A DNA stretch of 34,638 bases, from the NCBI RefSeq assembly GCF_001194135.2, contig NC_068986.1, positions 78,426,176-78,460,813 on the forward strand, in the 5' to 3' direction. Position 1 is the stretch's first letter. Every line of letters starts with the position of its first letter. The notes under the pieces are model-generated. The model did no database searches. It was not told the DNA's origin and worked only from the letters and a program-made list of their open reading frames with translations. The DNA is from Octopus bimaculoides. Taxonomy: Eukaryota. A program made the translations under genes and the position numbers. This document shows positions 1-10,222 of this stretch, one piece after another.

Positions 1-729
1 TTTCAATTGAATTATTTGAAATATTCTGTGAAATAATATCCATATGAAAGAACTTTTGGATTATATTATTGATGAATCTCCTCTCAGCTATATCATGTCA
101 GCTGTGGTTTTATGTGTAATCCATTATGGTTTTATATCAATGTCTATCAGGAATCTCAAGGGAGAGCTAGCTAGTCTTCCCTAGAATGAGGTGTGTGCTG
201 TGTACTTCGTGATGCAATCTGTTGATTTTGTTTGTTTGAAAGAGAGGTACTCTGCATGCATAAAAATTCATCGTTTACTCTGACTTGTCCTCTGTCTCTT
301 ACCTTTATAATTGACAATTCCATTACAGCATCATTTCAACAACAACGATGACAATAACAACAACAACAACAATAACAAAGCAGTGAATGACATGGTATAG
401 TTTACCATGATATGGCATGATATGATACCTTGATTGGTATGTATGCATTTTGCTCTCTCGCTCTCTCACTCACTCTCTCTCCCCTCTCCCTCTCGCTCTA
501 TTTCTTACTATTCCTCTTTCGCAGAGGTTGACTGATTTTTCTCTTCTGCTTCTGATGCAAGAGATTTCCATTTCATAAACACTATGTGTCAATGGATATG
601 TCTGTCTGTTTGTCTAATTGTCAACTGGATTTTATTTGATGCATGACAAAAACTAACCAACACCATTATCATGAGTACTTACAGTATATATATATATATA
701 TGCATATATTGATAGATGGATAGATCTAC

Positions 730-964
730 ATGTCACATATCATTACCACCACTACCGATGGTATAAAAAGTATCATATCCTCTTACTATTACTACTCCTA
801 CTACAACAGCAACAATGATGACGACAACCACTACCACCACCTTCACCAGCACCATCATCACCAACACTACCAGCACCACCATCATCACTACTACTACTAT
901 GACGATGACGACGAAGACAAAGACGACGATGATGATGACGAACACCCCACCACCACCACCACCC

Positions 965-1015
<51 letters not shown>

Positions 1016-1279
1016 TCATACAATCACCACTTCTATAACCTGACCCACCATCACCACCACTGCAACCTGAGCTACTGCTATGAAAGCCAATAGTTCCTTT
1101 TCACCATCATGAAAGCTACTACCACATCCTTTTACCATCAATACCACTTACTCCTCAACCACAATTGCTACAAAAAAACCAGCTACCACTAGCCAGCCAT
1201 TGCCACGACAACCGTTACCACCACCACCACCACCACCACCACCACCACCACCANNNNNNNNNNNNNNNNNNNNNNNNNC

Positions 1280-1316
<37 letters not shown>

Positions 1317-1430
1317 CCATCGCTACATGTTCACTGCCACCAATACTGCTATCTCCCCTCTACCGCCACCATCTACTAGTTTATAAACTCTACTGCCACT
1401 ACTGTTGCTGCAACTGTTGCTGTAAGTGCT
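730..1430. repeat. Compound trinucleotide microsatellite / low-complexity cluster (TAC, CAC, GAC, ACT, AAC), including a 25-N gap at 1254-1278
   Basis: Runs are directly visible, e.g. (act)n ~966-1013, (cac)n ~1216-1253, (caa)n 1279-1315. They explain the homopolymeric ORFs 730..1038, 733..1023, 815..1093 and 1165..1386. Confidence 0.95.
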
Positions 1431-1530
1431 GTTACTAATCATTGATGCACTATGTATTAAAACTGGACAGATCAAACAGAGAACTGCTCAGTCAACTGAA
1501 CTGTCACTAATGTATAATAACAGTGCAACC

Positions 1531-1650
1531 TGACGAGTCTTTGAGGGAGGCCTCTAATAAACCATTCCTCGACCAGCTAGAAATAGCAGCCTAATTATTC
1601 ATTCCCTCAAATCTCTAGATCTTAAAAAAGAAAGGAAGGACGTATTAGAA
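1531..1650 (+). mobile_element. Fragment of interspersed repeat family D (SINE/LINE-tail-like)
   Basis: 'ctcgaccagctagaaatagcagcc...ccctcaaatc...tcttaaaaaag' matches the copies at 16440-16625 and 30835-31270. Confidence 0.55.
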
Positions 1651-1651
1651 T

Positions 1652-1960
1652 AATCCTTTCTACTATAGGCACAAAAACTGAAATTTTGTGGGAGGGGACC
1701 AGTTGATTAAATTGATCCCACTGTTTCATTGGTACTTAATTAATCCTTTTCTACTCTAGGTACAGGACCCAAACTTTTGGGGAATGGGGCCAGTCAATTA
1801 GATCGACACCAGTACACAACTGGTACTTAATTTATCGATCCCAAAAGGATGAAAGGCAAAGTTGACCCTGGCGGCATTTGAACTCAGAACATAAAGACAG
1901 ATAAAATACTGCTCAAACATTTTGCTCAGTATGCTAACGCTTCTGCCAGCTCACCGCCTT
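1652..1960 (-). mobile_element. tRNA-derived SINE family A: full copy 1742-1960 plus a 5'-truncated tandem copy 1652-1741
   Basis: Reverse complement matches the + copy at 30326-30558 (aaggcggtgagctggcagaagcgttagc...ttctgagttcaaatgccgcc...tgcctttcatccttttggg). The 3' block 'aatcctttc..ctac..tagg...tggtacttaatt' occurs twice in tandem. Confidence 0.9.
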
Positions 1961-2017
1961 GATGTATTAGAATAATATAGTCTCAGAGAGTATCAATATA
2001 TAAGTGTAAGCTAAACC

Positions 2018-2330
2018 TGTAGTTCTCCACCATTTATAACAAATGGATTTCTTTGATTACTATAGTAATTCTGGTGGATCCCAACAGCCATTCAATGCTT
2101 TAAACACTAGTTTTGTAAATATTTATTTTGAAGTTCCTATTTTGTTTATCATCCATTCGCTTGTGTTGGTTGAAAGAGAAAGAAACTTAGGTGTTTCTTG
2201 TAATAAATACATTCAAAGCAAACATTTTTTAACAGACTCATAAAATACTTCTGTGGATCCAATTTACTATTTTGCTAGTAATCTTATAGGGACTCTAAGG
2301 AGTTGTATAGACTGTGGTTGAGAGCTGCTG
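2018..2330 (-). mobile_element. Degraded hAT-type MITE, same family as 30236-30831
   Basis: Aligns by eye with the reverse complement of 30570-30831 ('attctggtgga', 'actagtttt', 'ttcctattttgtttatca', 'aaaatact.ctgtggatcc'). It ends in 'ggttgagagctgctg', resembling a Charlie-like TIR. Confidence 0.7.
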
Positions 2331-2484
2331 AGCTAAACAAACTCCTGCTTAGGGGTCATAATCCAAATAGTTATAAAATAATTAAAAAAATGTTTCCAAT
2401 ATTTGCAAATTTTTTACAAGGGGCCCCCTATAAATTTTATATAAGTTAGAATCTCACCAAGTCTAAATCTGGTACTGGCCCCAA

Positions 2485-2810
2485 TTATTACCTCCGCCAA
2501 GGAAGGAGGTTATGTTTCCATTGGCATTGGTTTGTCTGTCTGTCAATCTGTGTGCAAAATAACTCAAAAAGTTGTGAACAGTATTTGATGAAACTTGCAG
2601 AAAAGGTTGGTAATGACACAAGGAATAGATGATGAAATTTTGGTAGTGATCTGGGAATTTTTGTGGATTCTTGAAGGATTTTTTATTTCTATAGTTACTT
2701 TACATGAAGTACTACAATGTTACGTTCTTTGATTATCTCCCTTGAAAACACGCTGTTTCCACGTAACCTATGGTGGCGTTGCTGTTTAGAGACAGTGTTG
2801 ATGATGACGA
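2485..2810 (+). mobile_element. Helentron-associated non-autonomous element (HINE/DINE-1-like), 5' part
   Basis: Starts 'ttattacctccgccaagg..aggttatgttt', followed by a (tgtc)n tract and the body 'aactcaaaaagttg...gatgaaacttgcagaaaa...gatgaaattttggtagtgat'. Confidence 0.7.
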
Positions 2811-3085
2811 TGGTCAAGATAATTATGGGAGGAGGATAAAATTGTATCGGTGGTTATAATGGTGACAGGAGTGGTGTGATGTGTGATACTGAGGAAATGG
2901 TGGTATTAGTGGTGGTGATGATAGTGTTGGTTGTGTGATGGTGGTATTGCAGTGGTTATACTGGTTGTGGTGGTGAAAGTGACTGTCAAGTTAACCATCA
3001 TGATAACATTGATGGCAGTATATATGGTTGAAGTGGAAGCAATGACAATGCTGCTGATGATGCTGGTGGTTGTGAACTGCTTCAG
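2810..3085. repeat. GGT/GAT-rich low-complexity tract
   Basis: Degenerate (ggt)/(gat) trinucleotides are directly visible. Confidence 0.75.
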
Positions 3086-3143
3086 GTGATTCCTGTTTTT
3101 AAAGGTTTTTTTTTTCTTAAAATCATACGGCTGCGTTATTTTT

Positions 3144-3272
3144 TTACCCCCACCAAGGATGTTATGTTTTTGCCGGCGTTGATTTGGGAAATTGGGCGAT
3201 TTTCAGCATGTGTGTATATGGGTGGAAATGAGGTGCTTGGCAGAGGTCTGTGCTCTCTGAGTGCTTTTCTAA
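3144..3272 (+). mobile_element. Short HINE-like unit carrying the 3' subTIR and stem-loop
   Basis: Second 5' motif 'ttacccccaccaaggatgttatgttttt'. 3' subTIR 'cttggcagaggt' (3236-3247) is complementary to 'acctccgccaag' (2490-2501). Hairpin 'gtgctc-tct-gagtgc' at 3250-3264. Confidence 0.7.
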
Positions 3273-3371
3273 TTCTATTTAATGGTTTAGTCCAAAGAAA
3301 GAGAAAGCAAGCAAGAAAGAGATGGTTGGGGAGATGGTGATAGGAGAAAATGACTGAACACATGACTTATA

Positions 3372-3510
3372 TTTTATTTATTGACCCTGGAAAGAGCAAA
3401 GGCAAAGCTAAACCCATCAGGATTTGAAGTCAGGATGCTGAGAACCAGAACAAAATACAGGTACTTTATCCATCACCTTAATAACAGCTCTGCTGATTTG
3501 TCATATACTA
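3372..3510 (-). mobile_element. Degraded SINE family A fragment
   Basis: 'tttattgaccctggaaagagcaaaggcaaagct...ggatttgaagtcagga' is a diverged version of 1830-1890. Confidence 0.6.
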
Positions 3511-4954
3511 ACTTCCTAAATGCTTGAAGCTTACTAACTTCCTACACTAAGATCCCTGGATCATACTTACGTATTGCTATATATTAAGTGCCTATATTTT
3601 TTATTGGTTTGGCTGGAGGAAGGGGCAGTGAACCATGGCTTTGAAGGCCTTCTGAAGCTGGTTAGATTAATATATGTGTATGTTATGCACACAAATACCA
3701 CCCCACACACATATACATTCACAATTCATGTAAATATTTCAAACAACATCATATATATATCTTAAACTAATGGTAATGATGAAAATACAAGTTATGTTGG
3801 CAAATAAAGTATTTAACATAAATCGATGCATATTAATCCAGCAATTTATGGCTCTGCTAGTTATATTTAATCTCAAATTGCATTTAGCAGATTATAAACA
3901 ATTTATATATACACATACATATACATAATACAAGCATATACACATACAGGTGTGTGTCTTCCGCTCCTCACTCCCTCTCTCTCTCTATCTATCTATCTTT
4001 ATACATATATATTTATGTATATATACACAAACATCCTTACATACATGTATATGTGTGTGTATTTGTGTAGGTGTCCGCACTTAAACAAACACACAAAAAA
4101 ACAAAAAATGGCAAAGCTATATAGCATTATCATACTTGATTTGACATATCTGGTTGCACATGTTCACAGATCCATGAAATCATATGTATGGAAATACAGC
4201 TATCATTTAATTTGTCAATGTATATGTGTGTATATACGAGGCTTATGCATATATTTTAAAGATTAAATTAGAATATCAAATGAGTTTATGATAATAAAAT
4301 TTGATTGATAGTTAAAGAAATGAAGATTTGACATCCAGTTAATCATGTATAAAATATCATACACATACACATATATTTATATATATATATATTTATATAT
4401 ATGTGTGTGTGTATGTATATATGTATATAATTTAATACATTTTTTCCTTTGATAATATAAAAAGTAAATGCAAATATATGTATAAAATATGTAGAAATTT
4501 ATTCATTGCTTATGGAATGGTAATGTGAATTGTTCCTGGTATTTTTAATTCATTTATATTACTATGGTAATATATCTTTTAGTGAGAAGGTGCATATGAA
4601 ACAGGCAACTTTTGGGTATGTGAAGTGTTGAAGGTTAATGTAAATATTCTAAATTTAAACAGTTTATAAATAGAAAGCAGCCACTCCATTATATGTTAGA
4701 GAAAATAGTTTAGAATGAAGCTCTGTTCAGTCTAAAACAGAAATCTTCTGTGAAGACACCAAGTTGATGTAAAATCTCAATATATATTTTGGAGTTCTGT
4801 ATCAGAAGCTGATCAAAATGTAAACACTTCCCAGAAATTATGAATTCAAACATACACAGAGAAAACCACATATGAAGTAGAAGTAAATATCTGTGCATAC
4901 TTGAAATTTCTAGTATTTTATAAGAGTTTCTTACTGAAAGTCTATACTTTTCAG

Positions 4955-5176
4955 CCATTTCAAAAATCAATGAACTGGGGAGAAGCACTGCAAAACACAA
5001 ATGCCCCATGTGGTAGTACGACTTCAGCTGAAGATGCCAGTTGGCAAACTGATGCTGGAGTGTTACAACAATTGGCTCTTAGCGGTGGGAGCCTGAACTA
5101 CAAAGGATTTGTTCCACACAGAACATTCCCAGTGACTTTTGGTTACCCCCTCATATTTGTACTAAATCTGTTGAAA
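4955..5176 (+). CDS. Candidate internal coding exon of an unidentified host gene: PFQKSMNWGEALQNTNAPCGSTTSAEDASWQTDAGVLQQLALSGGSLNYKGFVPHRTFPVTFGYPLIFVLNLLK
   Basis: Acceptor 'ctatacttttcag|' (AG 4953-4954) and donor 'gaaa|gtaaca' (GT 5177-5178). The exon is 222 nt, phase 0/0, with only one frame open across it. GC is visibly higher than the flanks and the sequence is non-repetitive. It lies within the longest non-microsatellite, non-gap ORF (4901..5323). Protein not recognised. Confidence 0.5.
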
Positions 5177-5214
5177 GTAACATTGGATCAAGCAAATAAA
5201 CATACAGGCATAAA

Positions 5215-5432
5215 CATGGTTGTGTGTTCTGCCACCAACACTGTAAACAAAGCAACGCTGCTTCATAACAAGTGTTGGTTTGTTTATGTCCCTGTGACTT
5301 GGCAGTTTGGCAAAAGGCACTGATAGAATAAGTACCAGACTTTAAAATAAACATTGAGGTTAATCTGTTAGATTTACAACTATCATGGTGGTGCCCCTGC
5401 ATGGCTGCAGTCAAAGGACTGAAACAAGAAAA
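5215..5432 (+). mobile_element. 3' half of SINE family B
   Basis: 'gtgttggtttgtttatgtccctgtgacttggcagtttggcaaaag...gatagaataagtacc...cagcatggctgcagtcaaaggactgaaacaag'-like sequence matches the reverse complement of 26066-26250. Confidence 0.8.
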
Positions 5433-5479
5433 CGGATTTTTATTGATTTTGACAATGAGAATTCAGTATTTGATCAACT

Positions 5480-5640
5480 GATCTCTCTCCTCATTGGGTT
5501 AACATGTAAATAAATAGCCAAAAATTCCATAACACATAGCCATCATGAACTTAATTCTCAGACAGAATCAGCATGACATGGTATGTAATAAGGTTGGGCT
5601 TTTGAATTACAGGTACAAGGTGATGACAGAGGACCAAGGT
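5480..5640 (-). mobile_element. Degraded fragment of SINE family E
   Basis: 'aattctcagacagaatcagcatgacatgg...aaggttgggcttttgaattacaggtaca' aligns with 34080-34145. Confidence 0.6.
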
Positions 5641-5744
5641 ATGTGGTACATTGCTGTCTTCAAGATGACCTGCCCACCACACACAATAGGATCAAGATTT
5701 TAAAATCATCATGCCTCATAAAAAAGCATTGGCATGGGTACTGG

Positions 5745-6010
5745 AGCTGCATAAAAAGCACTGGTGCTGGTGCTGGTATAACATAAAAAGCACTAGTGAT
5801 GGTGCCATGTAAAAATCACCCAGTACACTTTGTTAAGTGGTTGGCACTAAGTGGGGCATCCAGCTGTAAAAACCAAGCAAAAATAGATTATGGAACTTGG
5901 TGCAGTCTCTGGCTTTGCCAGTTCCTGTCAAGCCATGCAACCCATGCCAGCATGAAAAATGGACATTAAATGCTGCTGCTGCTGCTGCTGTTGTTGTTGT
6001 TGTTGTTGCT

Positions 6011-6041
<31 letters not shown>

Positions 6042-6050
6042 ATAATGATT
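5745..6050 (+). mobile_element. Family C element (RTE 3'-UTR-derived, or a SINE sharing the RTE tail) with GCT/GTT/GAT tail
   Basis: Three 'ggtgcc..taaaaagcac' units, then 'gtggttggc..ggggcatccagctgtaaaa', 'aacccatgccagcatgaaaaatggacattaaatg', then a trinucleotide tail. Confidence 0.85.
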
Positions 6051-6159
6051 CTATTATCTGTGCAAGCCTTCTTGCACAGTTTGTGTCAACTGAATTTTAC
6101 TTATTTGGCTTGAGTTGGTGCAAGCTATGGTGTAGTTTTGACAAAGATCCATTTACTTT

Positions 6160-6480
6160 CATGTCTTATACCAATTACTTATTTCAGTTACTGTACTGGG
6201 GCTCCACCTTCTGGGATTCAAGTCAGACAGCTTAACCCCAGTACTTACTTGGTCTCTTTTGCCAAACTGTTAAGTTTAGGGAACAAAGAAACCAACACCA
6301 GCTGTGAAGCAGTGTTGGCTTGTTTATGGTGTAGGAGAAAGGAGACAAACACAAAGACACATACACACATACATACATAAATACATACATGCATACATAC
6401 ATACAGACATACATGCATATATGTATATATATATATATATATATATGTGTATGTGAGTGTGCATATGTATATGTATATAT
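6160..6480 (-). mobile_element. SINE family B 3' half plus internal TA/CA microsatellite running into the N-gap at 6481-6741
   Basis: 'cagtacttacttggtctcttttgccaaactgttaag...aaaccaacaccagctgtgaagcagtgttgg...gacaaacacaaagacaca' matches 26160-26270. Confidence 0.75.
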
Positions 6481-6762
6481 NNNNNNNNNNNNNNNNNNNN
6501 NNNNNNNNNNNNNNNNNNNNNNNNNNNNNNNNNNNNNNNNNNNNNNNNNNNNNNNNNNNNNNNNNNNNNNNNNNNNNNNNNNNNNNNNNNNNNNNNNNNN
6601 NNNNNNNNNNNNNNNNNNNNNNNNNNNNNNNNNNNNNNNNNNNNNNNNNNNNNNNNNNNNNNNNNNNNNNNNNNNNNNNNNNNNNNNNNNNNNNNNNNNN
6701 NNNNNNNNNNNNNNNNNNNNNNNNNNNNNNNNNNNNNNNNNNATATATATATATATATATAA

Positions 6763-7142
6763 GTGTGGAATGGAGTGAAAGCATTTGAAGAGGTCAGGGT
6801 AACACATGCAAGACTCAAGAGAGATTTAAGGAAGAATGTTATGATCAAGAAGGTGAATCACAATAACCTTTATGTGTGCACAGTTTGTGACAGACCATGC
6901 CATTCTTTTGCTGGGCTAAAATCTCATTTGCAAACCCATGGAAACTGAAACTCCACCAACTATTCTGCCTATATATCTGTGCACACCCCACCTTTCAATG
7001 CAATGTATGCTAGAAGGTTTGCAAATCTAATAACGGAGGCCTGAAAAAACATTTTAAGATCCACAAAAATAAGAACTTATCTGCAGCTCTTGGTGGCCCA
7101 AATCGCATACGCAATCAATGTGGGTGTCTTTTCAAAGCATAA
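6763..7142 (+). mobile_element. 3' end of an RTE(BovB-like) LINE ORF2 with tandem C2H2 zinc fingers (pseudogenised)
   Basis: WNGVKAFEEVRVTHARLKRDLRK...YVCTVCDRPCHSFAGLKSHLQTH resembles the RTE C-terminal W..G..FE..R..KR..RK plus C2H2 signature. After a frameshift, frame 3 from 6993 reads FQCNVC*KVCKSNNGGLKKHFKIH and then a decayed RIRNQCGCLFK. Confidence 0.75.
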
Positions 7143-7154
7143 AAAAACCTCAGT

Positions 7155-7306
7155 AGAATGTGGTTTGTGTTAGGAAAAGTATCCAGTCATAGAAACCAGG
7201 CCAGACAACTGAAGCTAGGTGCAGCTCAGCAGCTTGGCAGTTCCAGTCAAACCATCTAACCCATGCCAGCATGGAAAATGGATGTTAAATAATGATAATG
7301 TTGATG
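7155..7306 (+). mobile_element. Family C fragment
   Basis: 'ttaggaaaagtatccagtcatagaaacc...aacccatgccagcatggaaaatggatgttaaataatgat'. Confidence 0.8.
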
Positions 7307-7319
7307 ATTTTTTTGGTTC

Positions 7320-7440
7320 AGAAAAAGAGACCAATAAAATAAGTATCAGGTCATTTTGTTCGACTAAACGCTTCAAGGTGATGTCCCAGCATGGCTGCAA
7401 TCTAATGAGTGACGCAAGCAAAAACTAAAACAAAAAGATA
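7320..7440 (+). mobile_element. SINE family B 3' terminal fragment
   Basis: 'aaaaagagaccaataaaataagta...gttcgactaaacgcttcaaggtgatgtcccagcatggctgcaatctaatgagtgacgcaag'. Confidence 0.75.
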
Positions 7441-8209
7441 AACATTAGATACTAAAAATGTACTTATTGATGTTAACTCTTAAATAGAACCAGTTATATT
7501 AGACACTAATATGATTAGACATTAATATAACTAACTTTGAAGACTTACAAATCTAAATACAACTAAATATTTCAAACCAAGAAGTAAATACTTGTACAAT
7601 ATAAAGCTATAATTATGATACTGAATCAACATCTATATGAGAGAAAAAGAAGATATATTTTGAGAAGGTCTACAATCCTGAACTGGACGAAAGTTTTGGC
7701 ATAGTTAAATATAGAATCCCTTTGATAGTGAAGCAGCTCATATACTTATGTTACTACCTCTACACTAATAACACCATTAAGCAGCCATTTCTCACTTCAT
7801 GCATACAGTTATTGTGGCCCACATGTAACCTTCAAATGCTACCGACCAGATTAGCACATCTTCGATGAATAGAGAGCTTCATAACATCTGAAGATAAATA
7901 ACCATATTGCTGTACATATGCTTTCCATGAATAACATCCAAATCGAATCACAACTCATGATAGGCCAAACAGTTCGTAATAGCTTGTGTAATTCATTTCA
8001 CAAAATATGGCTTCCTTGTACAAAACGAAAAACTAGTGTATCCATGAATATTTGGGCAGTTTTTACCAGACATATTTATATACTTTACACTAGAAAATTA
8101 CTTGTCGTATATACTAAGACACAAAATTAATTCTAAACATTTACAGGATGGCAAGTGGACTAAGACTCTGAGTTTACAACAGACCTTTTTCTTATAAGAA
8201 TAAATAAAG

Positions 8210-8257
<48 letters not shown>

Positions 8258-8359
8258 TGTGTATTTATTGGACCGCCACATTTAGCTGGAAAATATGTTT
8301 TGTGATTCCGTACTGCTACTGTATACTTCTTGCTCAGAAATTTAATATTGCTTGTTATG

Positions 8360-8740
8360 ATGGTCAGACAATTTCTGCAACCACATCACCCCTAACATCT
8401 GGCCACCTAATTCCCCAGACTATTAAACCCTCTTGATTATTATGTGTGGGGCACAGTTGACTGAGAGACAAACAAAACACCTTGTAATACTGACGGTGTA
8501 CTGAAGGCAAGGACTATGGCCCTGACTTAAACAAGACAAACGTCCAGAAGAGTTGCAGGAGATCCCAAAGTCGTCTGGAGGCTGTGGTTGAAGCCAATAA
8601 TGAGTTTATTGAATAAATTTACTCTTTAGTATTTCAAGATATTTTTATGTAATTTTGGTAAATATATTTGTTAAAATGAAATGTCAGTGTTATTTTCATT
8701 TTTGCATAATTTAGATGACAATATATTCACTGCACCTTGA
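8360..8740 (+). mobile_element. Tc1/mariner-superfamily transposase C-terminal remnant and 3' end
   Basis: Across frameshifts it reads SDNFCNHITPNIWPPNSPDY/NPLDYYVWGTV..ETNKTPCNT...LKAR/DLNKTNVQKSCRRSQSRLEAVVEANNEFIE* (stop 8614-8616). WPPNSPD-NPLDY is the third-catalytic-residue motif of maT/Tc1-like transposases. Confidence 0.9.
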
Positions 8741-8809
8741 GAAGAAGACCCATCAAACTGAGCAAAATTGCAGTTGTGGCAGATACCAGTGTCACATAAA
8801 TTGGCACCC

Positions 8810-8996
8810 ATGCTGGTGGCATGTAAAATCACCCATTACACTCTCGGAGTGGCTGGCATTAGCAAGGGCATCTAGCAGTAGAAAACCATGTCAAATCAGA
8901 TTGGAGTCTGGTGCAGCCTTCCAGCATGCCAGCTTGGTCAAACTATCCAGCCTATGCCAGCATGGACAACGGACATTAAATGATGATGATGATGAT
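8810..8996 (+). mobile_element. Family C copy
   Basis: 'ctggtggcatgtaaaatcaccc..tacactctcggagtggctggcattagcaagggcatctagc...gcatggacaacggacattaaatgatgatgatgatgat'. Confidence 0.9.
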
Positions 8997-9039
8997 TATA
9001 TATATATAACTTAGATAACTTAGATTGGTTTCAGCCATT

Positions 9040-9625
9040 ATCGGCCCAGGCCATGACTAATTCAATAGCACCACCTGGAAAAGTCTATTAGTTAATTATT
9101 TTGGGACACCATGGAACACTCAAGCAGAGAGTTGTTGTTGGTTGAGATCTATCCAGGTGTAGGTGGCTTATCTGGTATTTCCTGGAGGAATTTGTCCAGG
9201 TACCGTTTGAAAGTTGTGGGGGTCTTTTCCTACTTTAATTTCTTTTGGAGTAACATTGAAAAGTGTAAGACCATTTGCAGTGAAGAAATTGTGTCACAAT
9301 GTCCTTATGTGATGTGATCTCGACCTTTGTAGGGGACGCATTTCACAGGGGCCTAATCTTGGGTGAATTGTAAACATAATGCCAATATCATTTGGATAAT
9401 ATTGGTGAAATATTTTCCACATGGTGCGGATAATGTATCGCTCACAGTGGTGTTGCAGAGAACAGAGCTTCAGCTATTTATGTCAAGCACAATAATCAAG
9501 TCCCATCATGCCATTTATTTATTTTGTGATTGATCTTTGTGGCACTTTGATCCTCATTATGTATTCTTTTTTGTAGGGGGACCAAAATGGGCTACAGTAT
9601 TTAAAGTGGGGCCTAGCGAATGTCG
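9040..9625 (-). mobile_element. CR1/L2-group LINE, 3' part of ORF2 (degenerate)
   Basis: Minus strand reads RPHFKYCSPFWSP, then LDYC...LKLCSLQHHCERYIIRTMWKIFHQYYPNDIGI..HPRLGP, then FKRYLDKFLQEIPDKPPTPG...NNNSLLE. These are typical post-RT motifs of CR1-group ORF2. Confidence 0.9.
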
Positions 9626-9652
9626 AGAAGAGAAGGATGATGATTTCATGAT

Positions 9653-9657
<5 letters not shown>

Positions 9658-9689
<32 letters not shown>

Positions 9690-9800
9690 TACATATGCAT
9701 GTGAGCATGCACGTGTGTGCGCGCATGAACATGTGTGCGCACATGAACGTGTGTGCACGCATGAATGTGGGTGCGCGCATGAACGTGTGTGCGTGTGTGT
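9658..9800. repeat. (TA)n plus an ~18-bp minisatellite (gtgtgtgcgcgcatgaac, about 4-5 copies)
   Basis: Units are directly visible between ~9711 and 9790. Confidence 0.85.
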
Positions 9801-10222
9801 ACGGGATGCCTGTATGTAGGTAATAGCGTTCTTTTTGCTAAAACTTAAAAAATTTTGTTCGGTTTTTGTAATTGGGGAATTTTTTCGCCATGAACAGTTT
9901 GTGTTTTTAAACCGAATGTATTTTTTTCTGATGTTATATTTATTCCTGAATGCTGTGTAAAGAAATTTTGATTTAAGTCTCTTAATGAATTATTTATACT
10001 GAAATATATATTGAAGAAGATAAATATGTTCATTTGAATATATACGTTTTTGCATCGTAACGCCTTTATTATTATTGATATAACCAAAAGGATCGATTCT
10101 TGAAGAGTCTGCATACCTTCATTGTCATTTTTTTCTGCTATTTTGGTGATGATTTTTTGAATTAGCTTACCAATTATTTTTGTTGGTAGTTAATTTATAA
10201 TATATTGATATTTATATATATA

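Noticed and set aside
500-600. Strong-looking + acceptor 'ctctttcgcag' at 524
   Set aside because: All frames hit stops before any usable donor, and the pyrimidine tract is a CT microsatellite.
3571-3657. Minus-strand 87-nt exon-like segment with a GTAAGT donor (FRRPSKPWFTAPSS...)
   Set aside because: Weak acceptor and no recognisable peptide. Such donors are expected by chance every few kb in AT-rich DNA.
4583-4615. Possible 33-nt + exon (EKVHMKQATF)
   Set aside because: Phase 2/2 is incompatible with the phase-0 exon at 4955, and there is no other support.
6232-6848. Long ORFs spanning N-runs (also 17392-18626, 23653-24164, 24456-25235)
   Set aside because: Their length comes from untranslatable Ns and flanking TA/CA repeats. 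Only the 18338-18646 RTE part is real coding-derived sequence.
7641-7868. 75-codon stop-free + frame (EKKKIYFEKVYNPELDESFG...)
   Set aside because: Bounded by stops, with no start or acceptor at its 5' end and no recognisable domain.
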